A DNA stretch of 61,610 nt, the filler included, from Nemertoderma westbladi (lineage: Eukaryota; Animalia; Xenacoelomorpha): NCBI GenBank assembly GCA_032718475.1. It is 3 parts of 3 records of this genome, joined end to end, with 100 filler letters (N's around TTAATTAATTAA, not from the genome) between each part and the next. Parts side by side here need not be neighbours in the genome. Positions count along the whole stretch, not along the records: positions 30,210 to 51,673 come from JAUCBJ010000575.1; positions 51,774 to 61,610 come from JAUCBJ010000428.1; 1 more part is not named here. One strand, written 5' to 3'. Of this stretch, positions 47,520 to 60,131 are shown piece by piece (the stretch's first letter is position 1; each line of letters starts with the position of its first letter). The notes below the pieces were generated by a model. That model was given only the letters and a program-made list of their open reading frames with translations. It searched no databases and was not told the origin of the DNA. The position numbers and the translations under genes were made by a program.

Positions 47520-50500
47520 TGATGTATGGAAGGATTACCATGAAGGGATAAACGTTAAGGGTTGAAGTGGTTATCAGCCAGTGAGACATAAATACAGTTT
47601 CTGTTCTGACAGCGCGTTCCAGGGGTCAATGACCCTGAAATGGAATTGTTGGAGATATTACTACTGTATGAGCGGTAAATTTGAATTGTTCTTATATGGA
47701 TATATATACAATATTATTACAGTCAGTCGGAAGCGAATAGCATTGTGATATTTTGCATTGCAGTACTGCAGTACGTTTGCAATATTGGTGACGAGGATAA
47801 ACTTCGAAGCCGCGAGCTAATCTAGGGTACAGTGAATAGCAAAAAAGGCCTATCGTATACAGATGGCTCAGGGAGGTCCAGCAACGAGAATAGTGGTATC
47901 ACTATCAACTAAACATTAAACCGTTCCAGCCATTGGATGATTTAATTGCGTCAGGCAAAGCTTGGGAATGATATTTCCGGGATTTTAACCGAGAATGTGA
48001 TTACTTCGGGATAACAACTCCTCAGGAAAAGAAACAGGCGTTACTAGTGTTCGGCGGAAACCAAATAACAGAATGCGAGGATGCATTACTGGATGAAGGC
48101 GACGGTAATGAGTATGACAAACTGGAGAGGAAGTTGAATAAACATTTAATGCCCAAGAAGAACAAGCGACATGCGCGTTTTCGTTTTCTAAACTGTACAC
48201 AAAATGCAGGGGAAACGTTAGCACAGTTTCATGTAAGATGTAGAATCCTAATTAAAGATTGTGAGTATGGCAATCATGAGAATGAAATGTTACTTGATCA
48301 CTTAATCCTCCATGTCAAGGATGATCGGTTATGAGAAAAAGCATTGGAGGAAGAATGGGATCTGTCAAAATTTTTGGAGAAAGCCAGTAGTAGAATGGCA
48401 TCCAAGGTTCAAGCAGATGATATCATATCGGGAACTCCGGCAGTCGGTATCAGTATTGCGTGTGTGAAGGAGGAACAGGAATAGATGGAAGTGTTGGGAG
48501 TTAATGCAGCATGGAACCCTAATAGAGTTGAGCAGTATCAGTATTGTCAGAGCTGCTGGAGAACACATGATAGGAACAGGTGTACTGTTGAAAACGCTCG
48601 TTGTAATGGTTGCGGTGAAATTGGTCATTTCGAACGAAGGTGCCACAGTAGGCATGGCCAAGGGGCCAGAGGTCGGCGCGGAGATAGAGAGAGAAGATGG
48701 ATTGACTATGGGGGGTCCAGATATGGACGTTCAAGCGATAGCAAGCAATATTCTGGTTCCAGCGAAGGCAGACGACATGCTAGTAGCGGGTATCGATCCA
48801 GGCGAGTTATTGAGGATATTCCAACTGATTCAGACTCACAAGGTTCAATTTAGGAAACTGATGATGAATCTGATGGGGGAAATTCACATAAAATGCATCA
48901 TTTGAAGTTGTCAAAGGTAAAAGCCTAGATACTGTAAGCAGTTACAATCTGAAATTGTACTACCCATTGTAATCGAAAATGTAAGGTTCAATACAGACCC
49001 GGACACTGGGGCAGATATTGATGTTGTAGATGAGAGCCACTGGAAAGATATCAAGAGAGCAAACCCAAATTTGAAACTAAATAAAGTAAAACAGAAAGTA
49101 AAGGCAGCAAATTCAACCACAGTACCAATGAAGGGTAAATTTATGGTCCTATTTATGAACAAAACAAGACAAACTGTGAGAGAGTGCTATGTTATGGAGG
49201 GTAGTTTGGGAGGCCCTCCATTGATATAAGAGGAGACTTTACTACTGTACAACTGGGTTGTTTAAAATATAGTCCGGAGGGTAAATTCCAACCAGCAAAC
49301 AAAACTATTAAATTAATTGCACCATCTAAGGGAAACATATCCAATGAATATTTGTCAGAAAGTGAAATATTAAAACATATGCCGAACCGAAAGTCTCTGA
49401 CTAGCCGTGAAAATGATGATTTGGAACAGGTTGTAAAAGTTATTCAGCGTCATTGAGAGATATTCCAATGTATTGGATGTTTAAAGGATTACAAAGTTCA
49501 TTTGAAGGTAGCTCAGGACGCTGTACCAGTAATTCAAAAAGCCAAGGACTGTACCAATATACTATCAAGATAAAACAAAAAAGAGACTGACGAATTTGTG
49601 CATAGCGGAGTATTAGAATGGTGTCCCCCTGACCAAACAATGCATTATGTGTCACCTCTTCATGTCACGGCAAAACCAAATATGCCGGGCGAAATCCGCA
49701 TTGTGGGTTATTTTAGAATATTAAACTCCCATTTGTCTAGAACATGCATAGTGCACAGCCCAAAAATTGATGATTTTATCGATCTATTGTCTGGTTGTAA
49801 TTATTTTTTCAAACTCGACCTGCCTCATGCGTATCACCAATTAGAGCTCGATAATGAAAGCAAAGAACCACAATGTCAACCATGTGGGGGTAATATTCGA
49901 TATACAGTAGTAGACTGTCAATAGGGCTTCTGAATGCTCAAGACTTCTACGATCAGCAAATGTATGAGATTTTACACACTATTAAACAAGTTGGGATTTA
50001 TAGAGATGATATTATTGGTGGAGCAAGTAGTATAACTGATCTAGCAGAGATACTTGGAGAGGTATTAGATGCATTCCAGAGAAAAGGTTGAAATTGGCAA
50101 AGTGTCAGTTTGGTTTCAAACAAATCAACTTTCTAGGTTATACATTCACAGAGTTTGGACTCAAACCAACTGTTGAGAAAGTTAAAGCATTACAGAAAGC
50201 CATGAGACCTGAATCAAAGGAAGCATTGCGTTCATTCCTGGGTATGATTGGGTTTAATCAGAGATTCATTCCGCGGTTTGCAGAGAGAACTGCCATTCTG
50301 TTCGATCTGGTACATGTGACGGGGCCATTTGTATGGGAACAATGTCACCAAGAGGCATTTTAATCTTTTAAAGTGTCGTTATCTGATGTTACCATGGATC
50401 ATTACTTCAAGAAGGGAAAAGAAACTGCACTATTTGTAGATGCCGGAAAGAAGGCACATCAGTTGGGACATTGTGGAGGAATGAGTGCCATGTTAGCACA

Positions 50501-51083
50501 AAGACATCAGGGGAGTTGGGTACCCATCCATTATGCAAATACTGTAGACGAATGACTGATGTTGAATAACGTTGGGGTCAAACAGAGTTAGAACTTAGAA
50601 GCTAGAGCATTCAAGTGGGGAGCAGCAGAAAAGTTTGCCGATTTGCTAGTCGGGGCACCACATTTCACAATATTTCCAGATGCAAAAAGTCTGATACCAG
50701 TATTTAACAAACCGTCAGCCAGCACCACCCCCAGAATTGAACGTCAGGTGTTAGGCATGCAACATCTTGATTACACATTGGAATATCGTGCAGGAAATAC
50801 AAACCCAGCAGATTTCCTATCAAGGAATCCAGTGGGTGATGAACTTGAAGAGGAAAACATTATTCGAGCACTGCATATCACACATGGAAAGGAATTATTA
50901 AACATGTTGAAGAAGGAAACAAAGAACGACAAGTTACTACAGTTTCTAATGGAAAGAATCAGCCAAGGAGATTGGGAAAGGTTTAAAAAAGATGACAGAT
51001 TGGTGCCATATTACTCAATTAGGGATAATCTTTCAGTCATTGATAATCTCGTTTACATGAATGAGTTGCATTCCACCAGATAG
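47520..51083 (+). mobile_element. Decayed Ty3/Gypsy LTR retrotransposon (5' LTR, gag, PR, RT, RNase H; integrase and 3' LTR missing)
   Basis: Putative LTR 47520-47784, PBS TGGTGACGAG (47786), gag from ATG 47863 with CNGCGEIGHFERRC knuckle (48602-48643). Protease DTGA (49002), KLDLPHAYHQLEL, YRDD (49999), LRSFLGMIGF, LFVDAG, YRAGNTNPADFLSR. Many stops and frameshifts. Confidence 0.9.
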
Positions 51084-51386
51084 ATATTCATTATATTCAA
51101 TGCAGATACACAGATTAAAACACAATAATTATTTATTACATGGGAAAAAATGTTGAAAATGTTTTCACTATTCTTAAGGCATTTTATTTACCGAGCGCTA
51201 CCGAGGTTAATAAAGGGTCGAGAAAATAATGAAGAAAATATTCAACTTTTTTCCCATGTAATAAGCAATTTATTCTTAAAGTTGTACTTTTTCTTGCTCA
51301 ATTCTCAAAAGATAGAGCGATATAATGTTACAAAATAAATTGAACTAAATTATTATTTATTTTACTATATTGCTTGATTCAAATTA

Positions 51387-51673
51387 TTGCAAAATGAAAA
51401 CCTTTTACAAAATGAAAACCTTTTACAAAATGAAAACCTTTTAGAAAATGAAAACCTTTTACAAAATGAAAACCTTTTACAAAATGAAAACCTTTTACAA
51501 AATGAAAACCTTTACAAAATGAAAACCTTTTACGAAATGAAAACCTTTTACAAAATGAAAACCTTTTACAAAATGAAAACCTTTTACAAAATGAAAACCT
51601 TTTACAAAATGAAAACCTTTTACAAAATGAAAACCTTTTACAAAATGAAAACCTTTTACAAAATGAAAACCTT
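51387..51673. repeat. 18-bp tandem repeat TTTTACAAAATGAAAACC running into the gap
   Basis: About 16 visible copies. Confidence 0.95.
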
Positions 51674-51773
51674 NNNNNNNNNNNNNNNNNNNNNNNNNNN
51701 NNNNNNNNNNNNNNNNNTTAATTAATTAANNNNNNNNNNNNNNNNNNNNNNNNNNNNNNNNNNNNNNNNNNNN
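51674..51773. other. Assembly gap spacer
   Basis: 44 N + TTAATTAATTAA + 44 N. Confidence 0.97.
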
Positions 51774-52674
51774 TTTCATTAGCGTTAACCATTTATATAT
51801 ATAAATAATGTTAAATTTATTACCTTAATAATAACCAGAATAAAATAAAAATAAAATAATAAACTTGGAACATTCCAGCATTTTAAATTTTGGGTGGAAT
51901 AAATTTCTTACAGCCTTACATACTTAGGGTGAATGGAATACTGAATTATTAATCTTGGGAGTTCCATCATTTAAAAAAATATATAATTTGGGTCGAATAA
52001 ATTTCTAAAAGTCTTAGGGCGAACAGAATATTGAATTATTAATATTAACAATCAATTAACAATTAACAATCGAGGAAGGTGAACAGGCTAGAGACTTTTC
52101 ATATAACCAGCCCTACCATGTATTGAGTGGATCAGTAGCTTCAATATTTGTCCAAGCCAGTTTCATAGCATATCAGCCTGCCATGTAGCCTGCCTGCCTA
52201 TGTTGGTGAACTAACTTGTATTTGAGAATAATGGAGACAATAATATCTTAATTAATTTATACATCTTAAATATTCATGGAGTTGAGATTGTGTATACTGT
52301 ACTCAAATCCCAAACCAAACATGCATGCCAAAATTTAAGAAAAAATAAACAAAAAGGGGCAGCAATAAAATGCACAAACAAACAAACACATACACACACT
52401 TTGCTTTAGTAATATAGATAATTGACAAGCAAGACTATCTAACTTACCCTAATACTGGATGTTTTCAAGTCGAGATTGTTCCCTGTTAGTAGCATGTGAT
52501 AATCCGAGGCAGCGTTAAGGGTTTTCGACAGTCCGTCATAGTTTGGATTCTCATAAAGGGTTATTCTAGGGCAGGCCTATAACCAAAATAAAAATTGATG
52601 AAAATAGGTTGCCTGTAATCTAAGTATAAAAAATTTAAATATAAATTTAACTAATTGGTAATACTTGAATGCAC

Positions 52675-52900
52675 TAAACCTCAGGGGGAACACCATCAAC
52701 TCCACAGGCATGATTGATCTAAATGCTCTTTGCAGCAGCGTTCATTTCAGCAAGGGAGAATATATTGCCAATGGGAATATCTGGGAGTACAAACACTTTT
52801 ACTTCAATAAAGATATCAGGCAATACCCTGTCATTATTTAGGATATTTTCAAAGCAAGCCTCCCAACCATTGAAGCAATCAGCTGCTGATTCTGCATTAA
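52675..52900 (-). mobile_element. Non-LTR retrotransposon (RTE-like) ORF fragment
   Basis: FSLAEMNAAAKSI*INHACGVDGVPPEV matches the pre-RT F(T/S)xxEl...K(A/S)xGxDgip motif of LINE ORF2. In-frame stops. Confidence 0.6.
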
Positions 52901-53171
52901 CATTGGTGGTGGCGATTAACTGCATTCTTGGATGCTGTAGTTTATTTGAGTCTGGAGTCTGTCTGCTCCTTTTAGGGGTCATTTCGGCAATTCCAAATTT
53001 TAACTAAAACTGAAGGGGTGATGTCCAGGCGAGATAACTGTATTGAAAATCAGCAGCGGCGTATTTTTTGTCCATAGATGTTTTTGGGACATTTTTTTCC
53101 ACGGCACAAATAGTCTGAGGATGAAACGTCATAGATCCGGTTCAAGTTGTATATTTTTGGATCACAAAGAT

Positions 53172-53823
53172 TGTAAGCGGATTCAATTCCCTGCACTACC
53201 CACCGAAAATGGGATTAGTGGCATTTTACCAATTATAGTTGGTGAGGTGACATTACCAATAATAATGTCACCTCACAACCAACTAAGGCTATACAATACA
53301 GTATACACGCCGTAAGCCACAGGGAGAGTTGAGAGGTCAAACCACCTCAGAGGGACAAACAGGCTAGAAAGGCTAGCATGTGGAGATAGTGGCAACAGGG
53401 AGTGGCGAGGTGAGAATTAATCAGGTTGAATTAATCAGCTAATGGTGGGTGGGAGAGCACATTTGGAGTAATTAGAGCGCATCTATTGGACACTCAGGCC
53501 ACTCAGTAGTGTAGAGCTGATATAGTATGTGCTAATAATAATATAACTGTTGCACTTATTGATTACTGATTCAGTTGGTTCCTATACAGTTGTGAGTTGT
53601 GAACAGTTTTAACTGTTGTCACTACCGTGCTATTATATTCAGACTGTGCTATTATTACGTTCTGTGTTTATAAAGACTGACAGTAAAACTCAGTTATTTG
53701 AACAGCCTTCGGCCTATTACATATATCCAGACAACAGATTTAGCAGCCTATGGACGCGGCGACGCGTATAACTCACACACCAGTCGCGATTCATTACTGC
53801 CAACTCCGTTGGATCCCGTCACA
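53172..53823 (+). repeat. 5' LTR (652 bp)
   Basis: TG...CA ends; homologous to 55377-55988. Confidence 0.9.
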
Positions 53824-54004
53824 GTTAAAACTGACCAACAACATCCAGCTAAAGGAACTGTGACTGCACAACGACGCCAACATGAGCAGACAGAAGATGC
53901 CCCAAGATCCAGAAGTATAGACAAGCCCGCCGCGAACCCAAAGAGATAGAGACAAGACGATTCGGGAAGCAGCGACGAGGTGGTACCGGCCCGCTACACC
54001 GGAT

Positions 54005-54865
54005 TTGCCAATGAGGGACGCTCCGGACGTCGAGGAGGAGGGCGGCCGAGTACGAGGAGGAGAGGGGAACGAGTCAACGCGAGATCAAGGCGGCGAACGA
54101 GGTACTGAAGTCGCCGGTCAACCAGTGGCTGAGGGTGATGAACGGCCCACTGGAACGGCAATGTTGGGGCCGATGGTACGGCCCCGGATGAGGAGGGAAG
54201 GCCAAGTCCAAGAGGACGACATCGGGACGAGCGATCGCCTACGGCGAGGGTACAACACTACCAGGAGGTTGTTGAAGGATGCTAGAGAGGGAAGAAAGGT
54301 AGACCAGCTCAAGATGTACCAGAGGCTAGGTGAGTGCAACAAACATTTTTGCTACCTAGTCCGATTTGGGCAGGGGGAACTAGCAAGTGAGAGGGCAAGG
54401 GGGGTCGCCACAAAAGTGTTCGAATTGTGGCGATCCAAGGTGGTGGAGGCCAGTGTGGTGTACATAGGGCCTTATCTAGTAGATGCGAGGGGGATTGAGT
54501 TAGTGGGATGGGCGGACCCGCACGACACCGACTCCAAGGTTAACCCCGAAGATTCGGTGTCGTCGGTTAGTAGGAATCCCAGTAAACACGGGAAAATTAG
54601 TAGGATGAGCAGGCAATGGGAGTCCGTCGCAACTGAAAAGTCTGCTACATCCTCCGTGAAAGCAAGAAAGGTGTTAGAGATAGATCTGGCGTGTCAGCTG
54701 GAAATTGTCGCGCTGGATCAAAAGGAACTAGAGAGACAACTGGATGGGGGGAGAGACAAGTCATATCACTTCCGAAAGGGGGGGATTAAGACACGTCGTG
54801 TAGATGGATATATAATATATAATATACGTACTATAGTCAAGTACAACCTTTTTCCAACTAGCTAG
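54005..54865 (+). CDS. Truncated BEL/Pao Gag-like N-terminal ORF
   Basis: PEDSVSSVSR...SATSSVKARK followed by a coiled-coil stretch, as in BEL/Pao Gag N-termini. Located right after the 5' LTR. Confidence 0.55.
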   Translation: MPMRDAPDVEEEGGRVRGGEGNESTRDQGGERGTEVAGQPVAEGDERPTGTAMLGPMVRPRMRREGQVQEDDIGTSDRLRRGYNTTRRLLKDAREGRKVDQLKMYQRLGECNKHFCYLVRFGQGELASERARGVATKVFELWRSKVVEASVVYIGPYLVDARGIELVGWADPHDTDSKVNPEDSVSSVSRNPSKHGKISRMSRQWESVATEKSATSSVKARKVLEIDLACQLEIVALDQKELERQLDGGRDKSYHFRKGGIKTRRVDGYIIYNIRTIVKYNLFPTS

Positions 54866-55376
54866 TGGAACTGGGGACTAATTGACTAGAATAGGAGGAT
54901 GAGACATTCGACGGATCTCACTGACATGGTGTACACATGCGTGGGACCCGATAAGAGTGTGGAGAGTGACAACGAAAACGGGTTGAGTATGGGGGAATGG
55001 GGGAAGTATGGGGAGAAGGTGTAAGGGTATGGGAGTGTGAAAGGGGTGTGAGTTTCAAGTGTGGGGAGCGAGCATAGAGGGGGATGAGTCCCAAGGGACT
55101 GAGAAGAGAGGAAGGGACAACAAAGTCCGAGAGGTAAAATTGTGTGAGGAGTGAGGGCGATCATCTAAAACAGTGACGCCAGATGCCTTGGTACAGCATA
55201 GCTCGCAGATGTATCAAGGATGGGTAGTGAAAACAGACCCATGGGGGCCGGCCTGGAAAGCTGACCCCGAGAAGAAAACTCCACCCCACATCCACTATTA
55301 GATTGGATTCCAGCGGAATTGAAGCGCACTTAAGGTTGATTCTATCTTCTCACCGGGAAGATAGCATGGGGGGGAG

Positions 55377-55988
55377 TGTAAGCGGATTCAATTCCCTGCA
55401 CTACCCACCGAAAATGGGATTAGTGGGATTTTACCAATTATAGTTAGTGAGGTGACATTACCAATAATAATGTCACCTTACAACCAACTAAGGCGATACA
55501 CGCCGTAAGCCACAGGGAGAGTTGAGAGGTCAAACCACCTCAGAGGGACAAACAGGCTAGTAAGGCTAGCATGTGGGGATAGTGGCAACAGGGAGTGGCG
55601 AGGTGAGAATTAATTGGCGAGGTGTGTGGGAGAGCACATTGGGAGTGATTAGAGCGCATCTATGATGTAGTATGATATAGTCTGATATAGTATGTGCTAA
55701 TAATAATATAACCGTTGCACTTATTGATTACTGATTCAGTTGGTTTCCATACAGTTGTGAGACCGGAACAGTTTTAACCGTCGTCACTACCATGCTATTA
55801 TATTCAGACTGTGCTATTATTACGTTCCGTGATTATAAAGACTGACAGTAAAACTCAGCTATTTGAACGGCCTTCGGCCTATTACATACATCCATACAAC
55901 AGCTTTAGCCGCCTACGGACACGGCGACGCGTATAACTCACACACCGGTCGGGATTCATTACTGCCAACTCCATTGGATCCCGTCACA
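55377..55988 (+). repeat. 3' LTR (612 bp)
   Basis: Preceded by the PPT and followed by the TSD. Differs from the 5' LTR by substitutions and several indels. Confidence 0.9.
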
Positions 55989-56410
55989 AAGATGGCTCAA
56001 CAAACAATAATACACAAAATAATGTTACATTCCTTCAACTTAAGATGCATAAGGATTCAATTCAACCTCCATAATAACAATACCATGATTTAACTACTGT
56101 ACCAAATAAATAACAACACTTACACTGGTATCATTATTATTCACCACCTCAACACTTGACATTGCATTGTTCAATAAATGCAATCCATAATGTGAATAAG
56201 CACCAACAGAGAAGGTGTACATCGTACCAGCCATGAGGCCGTCCCTAAAGGGATGTAAGAAATAAAATAATATAAATAGCGGGATGTTTTCATAATCGCA
56301 ACATAACATAAATTCCCGCTTGGTACCCCTCATAGCCCCTGTAGTACCCCAGTACCGTTACCTAACCGCCTACTGCTGTACAGCCCTACACCATTACACA
56401 TTAATACACA

Positions 56411-56455
56411 GTATAAGCAGTGGAGCAGAAATTATTTCTGCTCCACTGCTTATAC
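56411..56455. repeat. Perfect 22-bp inverted repeat with a 1-nt spacer
   Basis: GTATAAGCAGTGGAGCAGAAAT-T-ATTTCTGCTCCACTGCTTATAC. Confidence 0.95.
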
Positions 56456-56489
56456 GAGACAGAGGGTGAAATACACCAGCCACGATTCA

Positions 56490-57604
56490 ATTCCCAATAT
56501 AGGAAATTTGGACCACCATGCTTCTATTCATTGGTTCCGGGAACTTTTCCCATATATAAAAACATGTCTATCAGTACTGTTTAGCCGCAGAAGTCTTTGG
56601 TACAGCTCGACATTCACATTTCCCATGCCTCGGTTGCATCTTATGTGTGGAACGCCACCTAATTTCTTAATTAATTCAATAAACTGAGCTCCCACAATAA
56701 ATGGGTCATTATTTGATCGGCTGCAAGATAGCCAAAGAAGTTTACGGGTGTAACCGTCAATAGCGCCATGTATGGCTAGAAAAAATGGTTTTAACTTTTC
56801 CCACCCATCTATATGTAGTAAATAATTGGGACCCTTTGAAATATATGTTCTCCTAACAACCTTTCTACCTAATCGTCTTTCAACTGCTGTTGACTCAAGA
56901 AGCCATAATATTCGTGCCACTAAGTGCATAGGAGCAAATACTCTGTGTTTTAGAAGTAATGTTATTTGCATCTGACAATAGCCAAAGCCGTTGGCATGGT
57001 CTCCCCTTTCAAGTTCTAGAATAACTTTTGAAATTATGTTATCGAGTTCAACAGGATTGAAACGCTTTAGAAGCCCCAAAGAAGCCAAGTCCCTTTTTAT
57101 TACTGTGGTCGTAATTTCAAATCCTTTATCAATTAACAAGGTTTGTTTCTCATTGTGAGTATATCCTTTCCAAAATAGATCAGTAAGAATAGCCATATAC
57201 AGTTGTAGCAATTGAAGCGACCACTTCTTAGAAGTTACAGTATGACAGTCCTATGACGTTCAGTTCAATTTTGTCTCAATAATAAATGTCTACCCAATAT
57301 GTACTGGTACCTTTATAGGCTACACCAGGAAACAAAAATAAATTCAAATTTGTTTCATTTTAAAACAAAAACAAATTCGAATTTGATTCATTTTAAATAA
57401 AAACAAATTCGAATTTGTTTCAGTTCAAACAAAAACAAATTCGAATTTGTTTCATTTCAAACAGAAATAAATTCGATTTTGTTTCAAATTTTTTGGAATA
57501 AATTATACACACCAAAACAAAACTTAATTAGAATTTGTTTCAACTTCAAAGTAAATTATTGTTACTGTAAAATGAAAATTAATTGGTCCAAATCAGCCAC
57601 CGTA
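56490..57604 (-). mobile_element. IS3EU-like DNA transposon fragment with an integrase-core transposase pseudogene (~56490-57211)
   Basis: RRTYISKGPNYLLHIDGWEKLKPF..IHGAIDGYTRK..SNNDP..GGVPHIRCNRG..KSSRNQ*IEAWWS. The second catalytic Asp is replaced by Asn and a stop precedes the catalytic Glu. Terminus TACGGTGGC at 57604 with AAACAAATTCGAATTTG subterminal repeats (57335-57545). Confidence 0.7.
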
Positions 57605-58414
57605 CATTATAAAATAAAAATTACCACACAGTGGTACGCAATGCCTTTGGCATATTTCAATTATGTTGAGGTTCGTTAACATCATTTACACAATGTTCCC
57701 ACCGCTTGTGTAATAACTAACTGACAACTTACCCATAAAAATTCCAGGTCCCTGATGTGATAATGAAGGAACTTGCTACGTTGTCAAACAAATGGGAATT
57801 TCCTAATTGTCGCGTCGACTCCCCAAGGATTCTAGCAGCACTATCGAAGTATCCACCATTAAATAATACAAGCGAAGGTCCGGTACCATCGAGGTATGTG
57901 AGCGGTCGTGCACTTGAATAGATAATAAAAAAAAAGTTACTAGTAGTGTAAAAAGGTCATGGGATTGATTGATTGGTTTACTGGTGTTCAACAAAATAAT
58001 ATCTTGTTGAATATTCTGGGGTATAGCATGTGGCGATAAGTCACTAACATTCTTTTTTTATTTTGTACTATGCTCTCCTTTCCAACTCTATTTTTTGGTA
58101 TTTTGAAGGTTTGTGTTGTATTGTACTTTGATTAACTTTCTTGACCATATATATATATATATATCTATATGACCCCACCCCACCCCCCCCCCCCCCCCCC
58201 CGCACACTCATCATGCCCTAAATGGTAGTTTTGTTATATATACCGGGGAAAAAGCGTAAAAATGTTTTCTCTTCGTTTTAGTGAAACGGTTTATAAAAAT
58301 GAATGAGTACTTTTTTTGTATTATTTTTTAACTTTTGGACCTATTTTAATAGTATCCTCTGCACCTGGGATCTTTAAGTATGCCTATGTGAGATCAAACT
58401 TTGAGAAATACTGT

Positions 58415-58850
58415 TTACCAACCATGTTGCAACAAGGATGTGGATTTGGATAACCATCTACTATAATCTCCAATAAACTGAGCTGTGCGATGTTGGAGGC
58501 TCTGGCTGATTTGAAATATTGAATGTGGTAGACAGTGCGTGCTTGTAATATCACATCCGAACGAACGGCAAAAACAGCGTCGTTCAGGTAAATTCAAACC
58601 ATAAATAGATAACTTCGATTCGTAAGTGAATAACTCCAAGAGTTTGTAGCTGATCACCAATGGCAACGAGATATTGTAGCTGTAAGAGTCTTAGTTAACC
58701 AGTCTGCAGGAGTAATAGAAACAACTGAGCCCGTATTACCCATCCAATTATAGCGTTTCGATGCGAAACAACCATGAACGAACGGAATAGTTATTCCATT
58801 CATTAGCTTATGGAGTCTAGCTTCCATAAGCTGCACAAGTCTTCACAAGC
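58415..58850 (-). mobile_element. Highly decayed CR1-like LINE fragment
   Basis: PHSIFQISQSLQHRTAQFIGDYSRWLSKSTSLLQHGW resembles the CR1-group C-terminal PH...VQRRAARFV..DYSR.SSVT.ML..LGW motif. Confidence 0.45.
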
Positions 58851-60131
58851 TCGGTAAAGTGATGTATTACAGTACTATCCGGATTGGCTATCCCGGATAT
58901 GAAATGGCGTTGCATATAGAGACATAAGAAACCCCTTTGTCTTCGCACAAAAATCGCTCTCGTGTATCACCAAACTTTGGAAGGCTAAAGGAAGGAAGTC
59001 CATTGGAAATAATACTGTTGTTTCTACACAATGTTTTATTGGTTGTTATTGAGTCACTAAATTATTGATACAATATGCAGGATTTTCAACAGTAATTTTG
59101 CACAAGTTTTTAATAAATGGTTTTTAATAATTTTTATTATGTGCTTGGTGTTCAAACCTCATATTTGTTATGTAGGCCTATTATTAACTTATTATTAGCA
59201 CAATCAAAAAGAATTTAAAATTCACGAAGAAAATCCACTCCCAGGATAGGTTGAGAAGGTACATCATCTACATAAAAAAAAATACCATTCAAATTCATGA
59301 TTGAAATTCACATGTTTAAAGTACTAACAACGAGTAAACTCGTAAACCACATCGTTTAGCAGATTGGACGATTTGTCAATGGAATGTTCCATTATCAGTA
59401 TTGGATAAAATAGGTCGTCTCTGGGGTCAACCTGCGGAGGAATATTCACACTCTCTTGATTGTCAGTCATTAGGAAATCTAAATCTAACACCACTACAAC
59501 TAGCCGCTCACCTCAACTACAAATTATTATTATAGCGGAACTCCGACATGGGGACGACCCCCATTCAGGCTGATTTATATAACTTTTCGTATATATATTT
59601 ATTTTTAATTTAATAACTTTTAATAATTGATTTTAATTTAATTTTAACACACAACGCTTTGTTGTAATAAAGATTGTCATTGGATAAAATGACAAATCGT
59701 CCAATCTGGCCGGATTAATGACTTGGCGGCCTGGGTGCACTTTTGACTTTTTCACTAGCGCTCCCCCACACCACACCTCCCCAATATTTATATTATGCAT
59801 TTTCAACTTAATATAATTAACTAAAATAAGATAAATTGAAAAAAAAAATTCTACGTTTTTTTCCCATGTAATACGTAATTACATTCTTAAATTGGTACTT
59901 TTTTGTTGGTTAACCCTATTTTAACCCTAATTTTATAACCGAATAAATTATTAACACGGAAATTTTACGGTAAGTACTGTAGAATGTGTTTAGAGAATGA
60001 GTACACTCAGTCCTCTATCTGACAGGTAGGATTTGAAACAGTCTATATACACTCATCAAGTGTCAATCGAAAAATAATCGAATATATAGTATCTGACGAG
60101 TGAAGTTTCCAGAATGGAATGGTTCAATGGT

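Larger units (their letters stand above)
53172..55988 (+). mobile_element. BEL/Pao-like LTR retrotransposon, internally deleted (2817 bp)
   Basis: Two homologous LTRs TGTAAGCGG...CCCGTCACA, 5-bp TSD AAGAT (53167-53171, 55989-55993) and PPT GGGGGGGAG at 55368-55376. Gag-like ORF but no pol. Confidence 0.88.

Noticed and set aside
51387-51725. ORF with QNENLL / KMKTFY repeats, and 25255-25491 with (CYVML)n
   Set aside because: Translations of an 18-bp minisatellite and a 5-bp microsatellite.
52290-52419. Helitron 5' end on the minus strand (TCTATATTACTAAAGC plus GTTT/GT microsatellite)
   Set aside because: Suggestive, but no matching 3' hairpin-CTAG end was found, so it was not called as a feature.
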